A stretch of DNA of 64,000 nucleotides from Octopus vulgaris (taxonomy: Eukaryota), in NCBI GenBank assembly GCA_951406725.2, contig OX597815.1, positions 67,642,001 to 67,706,000 on the forward strand. The letters run 5' to 3'. The position numbers were made by a program, and so were the translations under genes. The notes beneath the pieces are model-generated. The model was given only the letters and a program-made list of their open reading frames with translations. It searched no databases and was not told where the DNA came from. Within the stretch, counting starts at the first letter, position 1. Each line of letters opens with the position of its first letter. Shown here piece by piece: positions 13,616-27,729 of the stretch.

Positions 13616-13884
13616 CTGTAACTAACCACACGGCCGTATGTGTATAAATAAAAATTGAACATTATACAAAAAATACATATTGCATTTATATTTACTTCTA
13701 ACCTACATGAAAACGAATGAAAGTATGAAAAATCTTCATCGAGGCTTCAAACTAAGCACAAAGCAATTTCTACCGTTCCTTTCACACCTGCCAAACCTAC
13801 ATACATACAAAATACAAAGAAAAAGACACGTACACACACCTTCTTGGTGCTTGAAAATACCATGAACTAAAGAACGATTTCTGA

Positions 13885-15030
13885 TTAATGCACAATTTTG
13901 GTAATTTGGGGGAGAGGGTTTAGTCGATTACCTCAACCGAGGACCTGACTGGTACTTTATTTTATTGCCCCCTGCGGAAATTCAAGACAAAACATAATGA
14001 GCCGAAAGAAATGCCGGTAAACATTTTCAACACGCCAACGATTCTACTAGTTCACCAACAAAAACAGACATAAAGTAAAATAGAATAGTGGATTACATCA
14101 ACCCTAGTACTTGACTGGTACATTATATAATTGACCCCTAAAGGAAAAGTCTACCTTAGTAGAATATGAAGACAGAACGTAACGGAGGAAATGCTGGTAA
14201 ACATTTTGTCCGACGCACTAACGATTCTGCCAGCACACCACCTTTTCAAAGTTCATTAAAAATAGAAATTAAGAAAAATAAAGGATAGTCGACCGCAATG
14301 CTTGATTGCTATTTTCTTTTATCGAACCCGAAAGAATGAAAGACAAAACTGATTCTAGCAAGAACATACAGAGCCGAAAGAATTGGTTTACGCTCCAGCG
14401 AATCAACCGATGCACCGCCCTTCCTCTTTAAAGGGAAGCATAGACGCAAGGCCTGAGATTTTTAATATAGGGAATAGTCAATTACATTGACACAATATTT
14501 GATTGGTATATTACTTTATCGATCTCACTGGTATTTTATTTTATAGGTCCCAACAAGTTCAAAAGCAAAGTTGATCTTGACGCGATTTGAACCCAAAACG
14601 TAAAGAAGTATTTTGTCCGACATGCTAACGATTCCGCCACCTCGTCGCCTTTCGTACAGTAAACAAGGACTTCTAATTTAGGTACAATAGCAGTAATTGT
14701 GAGGGTAAGATGTCTGTCGATATCATTATCAACAAAAAATAATGTGTTTTGAATGACACAACAATGCACTATAATAACAACAATGGACTATAATAACTGT
14801 TGTAATTTAATTATCCATAGTCTTATATAATATTTCGGAATATAAAAATTCCTTCTTCAGATATCCCTAGGAATTGATCGAGTGACTGCTATTTTATCTT
14901 ATCGACCCTGCGTGGGAACGAAAAGTAAAGTTGACTTGACCCGGATTTGAACTGAGAAACACAAAGAGCCAGAACAAACAACAATACATTTTCCCGACAC
15001 TTAACTGATTCAACTAGCTGGCCGCCGAAC
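13885..15030 (-). mobile_element. Array of about five old family-A SINE copies
   Basis: Repeated ctggtacttt...aaagtt/cgac...gatttgaac...cattttgtccgacg...acgattctgcc blocks, all in the same orientation. Confidence 0.7.
14825..14864 (-). ncRNA. Minimal type-I hammerhead ribozyme motif
   Basis: Minus strand AUAU CUGAAGA A GGAAU uuuuau AUUCC GAAA UA UU/AUAU: intact core, 5-bp stem II, 4-bp helix I. Confidence 0.6.
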
Positions 15031-16286
15031 TACTTTCACTTAAATGGGAATTGAACTCTCATCCAGCAAATTATAAAACAAAATTATCGTTGTTGGTAAG
15101 ATTTAAGAAATATTTAAAATTTCAGGAATCAAAACAAAAACACAAAAAAAAGCACTCACCCAAATCTTCTGACTTACATATCAATAGATTAAGATCTCGA
15201 TGCTGAAGAAAATTAGTAAAGCCATAACTATTCCGTAGACGGGGACGGGTCCAAGATGTGTTGTAGCATTACACAGCAGACATTCCACTGTTCTCTGTAC
15301 TCCTTACAGTATAACAGGATATGTATATTCTTTGAAATATCAAGCCCTGTTTCATTCCTTTTCTTATCCCCGATATAATATCAGAAAGCCTTCTTTTTTC
15401 GACAGGAAACATTCGCGTCAACTATCGATGTAGATCAGATAGGCTTAACAAGTCGTGACCGCAAAAAGAGAAAAAGCCAAAATACCTTGGACACACCTTC
15501 CACGCCATTGGCGATAAATGAGCGAGGCGTTTGAATATATTTCCACTCCTAACAATTACAACATAACAACTGCAGCAACAGTAACAATAGCTACAGAAGT
15601 AACAGCAGCAGTAGCAGCAGCGGTAGTTGCAGCCTACAAGCTGCTTTTTTTCAGGTTGACAGTCCCATTGAGCTCTCACAATTATATATCTCCACATCAA
15701 ATGCGTGGCCTAGTCAGAGTGTTGCCCTCACAAACGTAAGATCGTACTTTCGCTTCTTAGGTCAGGTGGTGCTTTCGTGTTCTTGACCAAAACACTTCGT
15801 TTCACGATACTCCAGTTCACCCAATGGCAAATGAGTTCTAGCAATAACTGGGGAGTTAACCTTACAGCGGTCTGGAGTCTTGTTCAGAAAGGGGGTGGGG
15901 TGATTTCGATCACTTACACGCCATGGTCAACCTCTGGCCTTGGTGGTCATTCCGACCTAAGTTTGAATTTTCAGGTTACTCCACCCTCATCAAATAGATA
16001 CACAACAATCTTTTCAATTTCTTTTGAAAGACAAACCACACCCAATAAATATCAAACGAACACTTACAATCAACTTCCATACCTTGATCATAGTATGGAA
16101 GAACAACAGAGAAACAATCAAATCTCCATGTTATCAGGGACCTGATGTTTCCACTGAGGAGAAATGTATACCACATAATATCAATACCATTGTAATACAC
16201 AATATGGGACTGAATGATGTTCTTTAAATAACATATTGAATATTTTGAAATACTTAGCACTACATAACTGCATTTTTATAGCAGAC

Positions 16287-16343
<57 letters not shown>

Positions 16344-17639
16344 TGGCATCATTGTGACTAAGTAACTAACTGACTATTACGGTCAATGTTTTCAAAGTTG
16401 TCTGTTTGATATGCAAATCTGCTTCAAATTCACATAACACACACAATCATTTAGAAAAAAACATTCTCGCCTTCTATTTTTGCTAACGGCATCTTAAAAT
16501 GTCATTTTTCTCTCTAAATGAAACATCAACAGCTATGTTCCTCGCTGCGAATACTGGAGACTCATCAATAGTTACTCGATCTCATCGCAGTTTCGGTCAT
16601 TTAAATACTTCACTTCTCCATCTGGCTGGCTGGGACTGCATTAAGTTGGCCCACTCAGTAACCTTTTTAAAGTTACTTACCTAATTTCGTGCTATCCAAC
16701 ATTAACTAAATTCTGTCGCCACACAAGTTCGCCTCATCGATACCTTCACCTTACGTCCAACTGCACCAAAAACCTGAAGCCCTACAACGCCTCTGAGCCC
16801 AAATTGTACCTCTATCTATTTCTTTAGTAGTCTTCCAGCAATTCTGTGTACTTCCTGTCTGTCTGTCTCTCTCTGTTTCTCTCTCTGTCTCTGTCTCTCT
16901 CTCTGTCTCTGTCTCTGTCTTTCTGTCTCTGTGTCTCTGTCTCTGTATCTTTCTGTGTCTCTGTCTGTCTGTCTGTCACTCTCTCTTGCTTTCTTCACCC
17001 TCCTCCGTCAACTCCACGTGCAATAAATTCCATGATTTTTATACAAATGTACATAAACATTCCAAAATACTTATCACATCTGTTTTCTTCAAGAGCAATT
17101 TCATAAGCCCTAACTATTGGAAACTGTTAGGTATCTATAACGTTCATCATGCAGTTGTAATGTACGTTTAAACCAACTGCTACTATCCTATTCTCAAATA
17201 CGGTCCATTCTATTACGTGTATACCATATACAGCGTGAATTGTATGGATAGATATAAGTCGCATTCGAAATTTCGACATGATTTGGATTCCTAAAAGCAA
17301 CTATTTTACGTAATTTCTATTAATGAATTTTGGGAAGGTGGGAAACTGGCAGAACTGTTAAAGTATTTCTTCTGGCTCTTTCCATTCTGAGTTGAAATTT
17401 CCTTGACGTTGCCTTTGCTTTCGTCGTTTCGGGGTCGATATGATAAAATACAAGTCAAGTACTGGAATAAATGTTCTCCCTTATTTCCCCTTCCGCTAAA
17501 TATGCTAGCCTTGTACCAAAAATATAAATCTGTTTCTACAATTATTTTTGGATATTGACTAATTAGAATGAACTTTGGAGAAATTGCAGTCAAACTCACT
17601 CAAATCACGCCGTAATGTAATCAGATACTGTGAATTAAT

Positions 17640-18000
17640 AGAATTTCCTCTCCCATTGATTCCATCATATGACGGAACCAAAACATCCTAAGGCAAAACG
17701 GTGACTGTTATCTCCAAGACAAAGGCTTCACCAGCAAGCAAAGGGGTTGAAGATGTCAGCAGAGTCTGAGATTTTCTAATCGTGACTATGCTGATGGTCT
17801 TTCCCTAACATCTAATCAACTGTGTTCCATAAAGTTTGCTAACATCTCTTGAGAATGCTGTACCCAAGGGTCATTTGTTTCCCAATGAAAAAAAGACTGA
17901 ATACACGCTCATCAATGAAGATGAAAGCCATTTACCAATCTGTTCCAACAACAGCAATACAACACAAAATGACTTAAAGTACCTTGAATCCTATGGGATT
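17640..18000 (+). mobile_element. Decayed RTE-clade LINE reverse-transcriptase fragment
   Basis: gactatgctgatggt = DYADG (YADD motif), followed by LENAV...NEKKTEY...DLKYLESY, resembling NxxKTEY...FKYLGS. Confidence 0.55.
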
Positions 18001-18172
18001 CACAAGAATAAATTACTTAGTAATATGCAAAGGACTAGCAAGGATTGCCTCTAATGTTGAATGATTATTGTTTCTGCTCTAAAGGATAATTGACAGCTCA
18101 TTTATTCTCTCTCTCTCTCTATATATATATATATGTATAAATATATATATATTTATATAGAATCCGGAAGTA

Positions 18173-18225
<53 letters not shown>

Positions 18226-18785
18226 TGGTTTGATGGTTTGACTAGTTAAAGGCGAAACTTGATGTCTCACCCAAAACAAAAATATAATCCATACATTTTA
18301 CTCAGCTGTTTGTATAGATGTATTGAGTCTTACCATGAGAAATGCCACGTTGTTTTCTACAAGCTGAGCAACAATACCGATATATATGAGTATATAACAG
18401 GATGTGACTGTGCATAGAACAAAAGAGCTCAATACTATTATATGGTAGAGTAAAATATACCCAACTTTAATTTCTTTGACAATCATACGATTACGCTGGC
18501 AAAATTTAGCTTGTCAAATTTGTTTTGATAAGATAAATGTAGCGAAACAATTGTATGGTTAACTACAAAATTATATATAAATACATACACACAAACACAC
18601 AGACACAGACAGACACACACACACACACACGTATATACATATATAAAATGCATATATATTTTTAGATATAAAATGTATGCATGTATTTATAAACACATAT
18701 ATATATATATATAGCTTGTGTGTGTACATACAAATGTATATGTGCATATATCTATGTATCACTCACTCACTCTCTCTCTCTCTCT

Positions 18786-18819
<34 letters not shown>

Positions 18820-18977
18820 CAAAATAAATATAAGAGAGTGGTCACTATATTGCTCACTCTAGCACCAGTTAATCCAAAAGGTTTCAGCCACGAAAATACA
18901 TGTTTCCCATGAAAGCCAGTACGACTGTTAGCTCACACGGACAGGGCAAATAAAAAATAACAAAAATACAGATTATT

Positions 18978-19053
18978 TTGGGACAATTGTTTCGCTATTA
19001 ATGAATTAAATGTAATATTACTACAAAAATCCATTATGTAGCTCGTCAGCCAA
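18978..19053 (-). ncRNA. Type-I hammerhead ribozyme motif with long stem II
   Basis: Minus strand UUGG CUGACGA GCUA...UAGC GAAA CAAUUG UC/CCAA: canonical core, GUC cleavage triplet, palindromic helix III ACAAUUGU. Confidence 0.75.
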
Positions 19054-19104
19054 GACTATCTGGATGAAATCCACTCAATCACACGCCAGATTTTACCATA
19101 ACGA

Positions 19105-19108
19105 TATT

Positions 19109-19153
<45 letters not shown>

Positions 19154-19282
19154 CGTATATGCATATGTATACGCATGTATATATGTGTATATGTGTATGT
19201 ATTTTTGTATATGTATATAGATATGCACATATATATATGTATATATACACATATACATACATATACATTTCTACATGTTTTA

Positions 19283-19335
<53 letters not shown>

Positions 19336-19409
19336 ATATGCATATATGCATATATGGATATATATATGCATATATGTATATATATATACATATACGTTTA
19401 TTCATGGTT

Positions 19410-19450
<41 letters not shown>

Positions 19451-19610
19451 ATATGTATATACATATATATACATTTATACAGGTTTTATATATATATGTG
19501 TATATATATATATGCACATATATATATATATACATACACATATATACAATTATATACATACATATATATACAACTATATATATACATGTATGTATATACA
19601 TGTATGCATC
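19105..19610. repeat. Degenerate (TA)n/(TATG)n microsatellite field
   Basis: Visible directly in the sequence. Confidence 0.9.
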
Positions 19611-19894
19611 TGTTTTCGTAGATATTTTCATACATTTCTAGATATGCACTTATCTCTTATATAATCACACGCATATACACATAATATACATACATACATA
19701 CATACATGCATACATAAAGAGATAAGTAGATAGGAAGATAGATGGGCCGACAACAGACAATTATTTTTAAATACGTGAAAAATTCAATAAAACGAATTAC
19801 ATAAATATAGGCAATACATGTGTTTATGCCTTCTACTCCGATATCCATGCACACAACATATATTTACATTTACATATGCACATGTACACACACG

Positions 19895-19943
<49 letters not shown>

Positions 19944-20103
19944 CTAACAGAGATTTAAACTGAAATTCGGTACGGTTAAATGGCAGGATAATTGTAAAGT
20001 CTAACAGCGTAAATGAGACAGTATTTTCTGCCTGACACAAAACTGTCTTTCCAGCTTTATATAAAATGCTTATTGAGTAACCGAGACGAGATGAGGGGGG
20101 AGA

Positions 20104-20152
<49 letters not shown>

Positions 20153-20413
20153 GTATAAGGAGAGAGGAAGAAAGAGTGGAGGGAGTGTGTTTGTGCGTGT
20201 GAATGTAAATGTGTACGTCGGCATGCATGGGGATGTGAATGCTGCCATATATATGTGTGAAATGTAGCTTATTTTGCAACTGCTTGCGTAAATATTCATT
20301 GTGGCGATGGGGAGTTCTGATGAAAATATTGAAAAATCTAATGATATATATTAGTCAATTGAATCAATCAAATTATCTATCTATCAATCAATGTATCTAC
20401 CTATATATTTATC

Positions 20414-20578
<165 letters not shown>

Positions 20579-20686
20579 TTTTATCTGACTGTCAATCTGT
20601 TTGTTTATCGGTTTGTCTGCATGTCTGCCTGCCTAATTGTTTGTTTATCTTAGTACATATTTAAGTATCTATCTGTCTCTCTCTCC

Positions 20687-20735
<49 letters not shown>

Positions 20736-20787
20736 CTTGTGTGTGTGTGTATGTGTGTGTGTGTTTGTGTGTGGAGGAGGAGGAAAC

Positions 20788-21175
20788 TCACTTTGTGGGA
20801 CATGTGAAATAATTGAGCAAGGAACAACCAAAAGATTCAAGAATGGGAAGGAATTGAAAGTGAATGCAAACATGAATAGCAAAGCAAAGAAAAAAATATC
20901 ATGTACTGCATCACATGTCAATGCAATGAGAATTACATTGGGGAAACAGGAACAAAACTAACCGACTGTGTGAACGTGCACAAACAAAAAATTAAAGATT
21001 CCTCTCTTTGAAATGTTCCATCTCGTAAACATCGAGACATTTGTGCAAATGGAAAATTTAAAATATTCCCTTCTTTCAGAATGAAAGACGGAAATGATCA
21101 AACTACGAAGGGCAAAAGAATACTTTATAAACATTCTAAATCCGAAACTAAACCGACATCCCACACACATTGATG
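20788..21175 (+). mobile_element. Penelope-like element GIY-YIG endonuclease fragment (pseudogenised)
   Basis: CGTCEII...FKNG...NANMN.K..NIMYCITCQCNENYIGETGTKLTDCVNVHKQKI...RAKEYFINILNPKLN, with frameshifts and a stop. Zn-finger linker plus GIY-YIG is typical of PLEs. Confidence 0.85.
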
Positions 21176-22477
21176 CTTGTTTTTATGCTCAGTTATAATA
21201 AAAACAATTTTACATTTATCTGATGGGATATTCTATATTTTTATAGAGTACATATTTTTTTATGCTTAAACAAGAATATTATTGACAGTGATTTCGAAGT
21301 TTCGGCCTGCTAAACCATCGATCGACTATGATGCATTGAAGTTAATTTCGGCTGTATTTAGTCTCTGTCGAGTTAAAATTTTCCTTAGATATGTAGGTCT
21401 GAGTGGAATTCTAATTAGGTTGTTGGGTGGGTTGTAGCAGAGAGGTGTTTTGGAAAACTTTTTATTGATTAAATTTGGGGTTGTATTGTTTAGAATTTAT
21501 TCATGTTTGTAGTACTTTGTAAGCAGGTATATATGTTTAGGTGAGTTCTCTTCAGGTCATGGGATGGTTTTTTATTGGTTCACAAAAAAGATGTCGGTAG
21601 GTCTAGAATGTGCCAGTAGTTTTAGTTATCTTTCTTTTTACAGGATCTAATCCTTTGGTTTGACAATGTATTAGTCAAAAATTCAGTTTAGTCTGGTATT
21701 TAATTGGATGTGTCCAAGTTTCTGTAATGGAATTTTTTAAGGGTTCACAAATGAATGTATGTAGGTGGCATATTTTGGCTGCTCAGTTGTTGTTACTTAG
21801 GATATTTCCTCTTTGTATTTGGAAGGTGGGGTTATTTGTCTGGCATGTCACGGTGGTGTTAGTATAGAAACTTGTTTATCTTGTGTTTTGATGTTCATAA
21901 GAGGATGTGGGTACGTGTGAAGTTTGTTGATCTGTGTGTTTCTAGGGGTTCTTTGGACTATAAACAATATGTAAGTTTAATATGTAGGAATTCTAAACTT
22001 TGTGCTTTATGGAGCCAGTGTTTGTGGGCTATATATTTTTGTGGATATATATTTCTTCACATCTGTTTAAAAACGTAGGTATTTAATAATACCTTATTTT
22101 AGACGTGTGCATATATGCGAAAGTGGAGCGTTATAAAAAGTAAGTATATACTAATGTGTAAAAATGGGTAAAAAAAATTAATTTAAAAAATTGATTTAGA
22201 AGTTTAAAATATTGGTAAATTAAAGAAAAGGGTGTTCCAACTTGTGTGTGTGTGTATATATATATAAATATATATACACACGCACACACATGCATACATA
22301 CATACATACATACATACATACATACATACATACATACATACATACATACATACATACATACATACATACATACATACATACATAATACATACATGCATGC
22401 ATACAAATATACATAAATACATACATATGTATATAGGAATATACATAAGTATATATATATATATATATATAATATAT

Positions 22478-22700
22478 TCTTTTATTCTATTATTTGTTTC
22501 AGTCATTTGACTGCGGCCATGCTGGAGCACCGCCTCTGGTCGAACATATCGACCCCAGGACTTATTCTTTGTAAGCCTAGTACTTATTCTATCGATCTCG
22601 TTTGTCGAACCGCTAAATTACGGGGACGTGAACACACCAACATCGGTTGTCAAACGATGGGAAGGACAAACACAGACTCACAAGCATTTACACACACAAA

Positions 22701-22737
<37 letters not shown>

Positions 22738-22742
22738 CCATA

Positions 22743-22773
<31 letters not shown>

Positions 22774-22945
22774 TTATATATGACAGGCTTCTTTCAATTA
22801 CCGTCTACAAAGTCCACTCACAAGGTTTTGGTCGGCCCGAGGCTACACTACAAGACACTTGCTCAAGATTCCACGCAGTGGGACTGAACCCGGAACCATG
22901 TGGTTGGCAAGCAAGCTACTGACCACACAGTCACTCCTGCGCCTA
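22478..22945 (-). mobile_element. CORE SINE family C (OR2-like), near full length
   Basis: Reverse complement head aggcgcaggagtgactgtgtgg...ccgggttcagtcccactgcgtgg; tail gctccagcatggccgcagtcaaatgactgaaac. Confidence 0.85.
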
Positions 22946-23026
22946 AAGAGTAGGGGTCTTCGTACGCGTGGGTCTCTAACCCACATCTCTATGTTTTCGT
23001 GACAAGTGTGCTACTTTTACACCTAC

Positions 23027-23070
<44 letters not shown>

Positions 23071-23309
23071 CTATTCGAGCAAATGTATGCTTATGTAACC
23101 TAGAGGTTCGTTAAAAAGTATCGATAAACCAAGTAAAATACTCAAGAGCAAGTATTGGGGGCGGTTTGATGCTGTGTAGTGCTTCTGTATGATTGCTCGG
23201 TATGCTAGAAATAATACTCAACTAACGCTCAAATCACACCCTACTCTCTAACAGAAAAGCAAGGTATTTTAAATAATGTGGTCATGAAACTTCCTAAAAC
23301 ACAAAAAGT

Positions 23310-24750
23310 ATTACGCAGTACCGTCATACAAGTTCACCATGCTTTACTATCATACAGTAGTATCAAAGAACACAATTATCGCAACCTTTTCCTAACCAGA
23401 TCATCAAACAACACTATCATACAGTCCATCAGACAACATTATCCTAAAACACTATCACACAAAATTCTCATGCAATGCCACCATGCAAGATAGCCAAGGA
23501 GCCTTCATCATACAATTCAATCACACAACTTTTCTGTACCACACCATCACACAACACCATCATACAATCCATCACACAACAGTAATAAAACACCATCACA
23601 CAAAACCATCATACAACGCTACCACACAACACAATCATAAGACTTTCATCTTACAACTCGTCACATAACATTCATCAAACATCGTCATACAAAACTATAA
23701 TATAGCGCCACAACACAGCACAGTCATAGAATTTTCATCATGTAATTCTATGAAACAATGCAATCATACAATATTCTCATGTAAGTGCATGCTATTACAT
23801 CATACAACAGCATCAACATTTGAGGTCGTACTTTTGTATCTTTCAAATCCGTTGTATGTGATATCAAGCTTCGATATGTGATATCAAACTGCTGTATGTA
23901 ATATCAGCGCTGTTTTGCAGTATTAGTGCAATTATTGATTTCTATATAGATTTTGAAGTTGCTGTTATTGTTGATCTCATCAGCAATCATCACCAGCCCT
24001 AATTAATTGAGGACGAAAACCACTCGACTACTGGGTTGTCAGATAAATTCATTTGTTGTTTTTTCTTTTGCCCCATATTTATTTTAATCCTTTTCCAATT
24101 TTATTTGAATTTACACGAAAAATATTTTTATCGTAGTATTTTATGGGTTTATTTCTATTGTATCTCTATTTTTCCTCTGTAACTGTTGTTTATCGTTTTT
24201 GCAATTTTACCTCCTTTCAGACATTTTACGATGAAATTCAAATTGAGTGCATTGATGTTATAAGCAGAGATAACGTGAAATTGAGCTCCCTCCAAAGCTA
24301 ATAGGGAATAGAGATTCACAGTATAAATTGGTGAAATACATCTAGGTTGGGGGCCGCTTGCTGAAAAATAGTTATTGTTTCTGTTGTTAGTTTTAGTTAC
24401 GTAGAGAAGGACGCTTGTGATGCGGTAGTTATTTCCAAATATCTCGAACTTATATATCGAAAGAAATGGTTTTACATAAAACAGCAACAACTTTAATACA
24501 ACTCAGTCATACACCCAGCACCATCATACAACATCATTAAGTAATACTATTTAATACCATCATGCAATACTTATTCCCATCATACAACACCATCATACAG
24601 CATCATACACCACTATCATGCATTGTCATCATACAAAACTATCATAAAACACAGCGTGCAACACCCTCATACAACACCATTATACTATATCATACTACAT
24701 CAACATATAGCATCATACAACGCACACCAAACTACACAACTCCATACAAT
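23310..24750. repeat. Degenerate ~13-bp minisatellite (accatcatacaac) in two blocks separated by unrelated sequence at about 23820-24495
   Basis: Many variants of caccatcatacaa in 23310-23815 and 24500-24750. Confidence 0.65.
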
Positions 24751-24884
24751 ATCAATCGGCGACCGTCTCGTCATCAAGTATAAGTGACGACATTGTAATG
24801 TCTAATTTGGGTAAGATTCGATCGTTATATCTAGCATATTGAGCGACTGTTCCTCATAGACTGAACATAGCTAATCCACCCATC

Positions 24885-25450
24885 CATCTTCTCCACCCAC
24901 TATTCCTCGGGGTGGGGGTGGGGTTAGAATCCTGTGAAATCGTTTCCATAGGGTCCTATCAGAAGCAACCGTTACGACTTTCTAGTTTGATTCCGAACTG
25001 AGACTATGGATATTATCCAACTGTTTCTTTTTGGGTCTGACCTTAGGTCTCTTGCCAGTTGACTTGGTTTGAAGAATCAGTCTTGTTATTCATTTCTTCG
25101 ACATTGTAATCAGATATCCGTAATCACATATCCGTAATATTCAATGTAAAGAAGTAGCGGCTCAATATGGAGAAACTGCCTGACCTCTGAATTATGCACG
25201 CACTATCGAGTAACGTTACTCCAGAATGGCATTCCTACTTTTGAGGAATGCCACTTAGGTCGCTTGAATACATGATCTTACTCTTTCGGTCAATACCTAA
25301 CATTCATAACCATAGAAGAGGATAAGCACGAAGATCGAATTGAAGATAGCAAAGTTAGTGGAACATTACTGAGACAAGTGGAGAAGTTTAAAGATTTTGG
25401 AACCGTATTCACGACTGATTGAAAGCAAGCGGTTGAATTGGATGCACTTA
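24885..25450 (-). mobile_element. Decayed RTE LINE 3' end
   Basis: Minus-strand ITRLILQTKSTGKRPKVRPKKKQLD resembles the RTE C-terminal GxRPRGRPxxxW.D motif. Confidence 0.55.
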
Positions 25451-27410
25451 CAATCGTAATAGAGATACAGCAGAGATCTTAACAAACGCCGTAAACATTA
25501 GATCATTTTGTTATTCTTGCAATTGATCTTTCTTTCCTCCAGGGTCGATAAGGTAAAGTATTGGGATCGATGGTATCGACTATAATTCACCATCAAAATT
25601 GCTGGTCTTGTACCTATATCAGAACTTGTTATTACCGTTTTTCATGTTGGTAATTTTTCATTTCGTTTCTGTTCTTAGAATCTCGACATCCGCCACTGCA
25701 ATGACGTCTTCGTAATCCTGAATCAACTGAATACGAAATCCGGCGAAGCACAGAGATATTTTGGGTTTAGTATGTGTTTGTGTATGTGTGTGTGTGTACA
25801 CGCGCGCGTGTATGTGCGTGTCTGTGTATATGTGTATGCATGTATGTATGTGGTATACGTGTGTCTGAGATTGTAGAGGCACGTGTGTCTATGTATATAG
25901 CAGTGTATGTGTGTGTGCTTACGCGAATGCGTATATTTATGTGTATGTGAATATCTGTATCTGCGTCTATGTATGTGTTTATGTGCGTGTAGGTGTCCCT
26001 ATGCGTTTCTGTTTGAGTATGAGTGTGACAGCGTGTGCGTGTGTTTGTGTGCGTGCGTGTGTGTGAGTGCGTGTATGCTTGTGTGTGTGCGTATGTGTTT
26101 GTATGTGTGTGTGTGCTGATATGTATGTACCAGTGTGTGTATGTGCCTATGTATGTGTGCGTTTGTGTGTATGCGTGCGTTTGTGTGTATGTGTGTTTTT
26201 GTCTGTGTTTGTGTGTGACTGTATCTGTGTGTGCAACAGAAAATATGTATGACAGAAAATATATATTTGTGGTTTCCGTTTCAACCATTTCCTGTCTCTG
26301 TGAATAATCGCGTATTCTTATTTGATTGTCTTTTTACTGTTATCATTAAAAATTCTGGTACTGACCAGTGTCGGATGCATAGACGAGTGGTTAAGAAACA
26401 CGCTTCTGCAAAACTAAGGTTCTGGGTTCGATCTTACTGCGTGATATCAAGAGGAAATATCTTCTATTACAGCTTGGATCTTTTCCGTCCGTGTGAATAA
26501 AAAACTGGCTGAACAGGTATTTTCTACCATCCTGTCGGATGAATCAAATCGATAATTTAATGGATTGGCAGTATTACATTCCATTATGCTGATTCTGCTG
26601 GCATAAGGTCAAAATCTGCTTTTACACTATGTGCTCCCCTTACAATAGGTGCTCCCTATATTTACTGACAGCAAACAATAGCGTACACAGATTAATACTT
26701 GGCTTCTAGGTATATTACGCTTCCCAGGCGATTGACCAATATGCCAATGTTTTGAGATGGTACGTGCCAAAAGTACATATATCTGTGGAGTATTCAACTA
26801 CTTACACGCTAATGAAGAGGTAGTTTAGTTGATGTGACAACTAAAATACACATCGTAGTAAGTGGCGCAGGACCCATTACCTGTTTTTATCAAATAGTAA
26901 CTATATGCAGTAAGACATATTTCTCAACCTCTCGTATTAGCCCGAGTTGCTGGATAAATTTTCGTTCCTTTAAGAATATTATAGAACGTAAACTTTACAT
27001 AGACTGGAATTTAAATACTAATCTCTATAGAAATTTATTGTTTCAAGAAAACTACGATTATAGATAATAGCTCGGCCTGTAACATCTGAGCCGAGTCAGG
27101 CGTGTGTAACCGATGTCGAGAGAACGACTGCTACGAATATTTTTTGATACAGGGCACTTCTAAGACACCGCTAGACGCTGAACGAAAATGAATGAACCTC
27201 GACCAGGCTCAATAAAAGGAGCCCAAGTTATTGGCTGCAATTACATTCTTGAAGTCAGTGTTGGTAGAAATTAAATCAGCTTGCAAATACACGTTCACTT
27301 GACTAAATTTATACTTGGGCTAAGCCCGAACAACTCGAGTGCCGGAGTCGCCACTGGTATACATACATACATACATACATACATACATACATACATACAT
27401 ACATACATAC

Positions 27411-27440
<30 letters not shown>

Positions 27441-27441
<1 letters not shown>

Positions 27442-27729
27442 TCACTGTGACCGACCAGGCTATCAGATGTTGCTACACATCGCTAGTAACAATGCGCTTC
27501 GCATTGTTTTAGCCTTCAAATGACGTCACCCCGCTGGTTAAGTGAGCAGGCCAACAGAAGAATGAGTGAGAGAAAGTTGTGGCGAAAGAGTACACCAGAG
27601 ATTGCCACCACCCCCTGCCGGAGCCTCGTGGAGCTTTAGGTGTTTTCGCTCAATAAACACTCACAACGTCCTGTCTGGGAATCGAAACCGCGAGTCCGCT
27701 GCCCTAACCACTGGGCCATTGCGACTCCA
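27441..27729 (-). mobile_element. tRNA-derived SINE family D (OK-like)
   Basis: Reverse complement of 30173-30483; head tggcccagtggttagggcagcggactcgcggtttcgattccc. Confidence 0.85.

Noticed and set aside
15224-15549. Minus-strand frame interrupted only by two TGA codons (selenoprotein idea)
   Set aside because: No recognisable selenoprotein motif or SECIS; two stops in about 110 codons is unremarkable.
19064-19664. YI/CMYV/HT-rich ORFs here and throughout the window
   Set aside because: Di- and tetranucleotide repeats that lack stop codons by composition.
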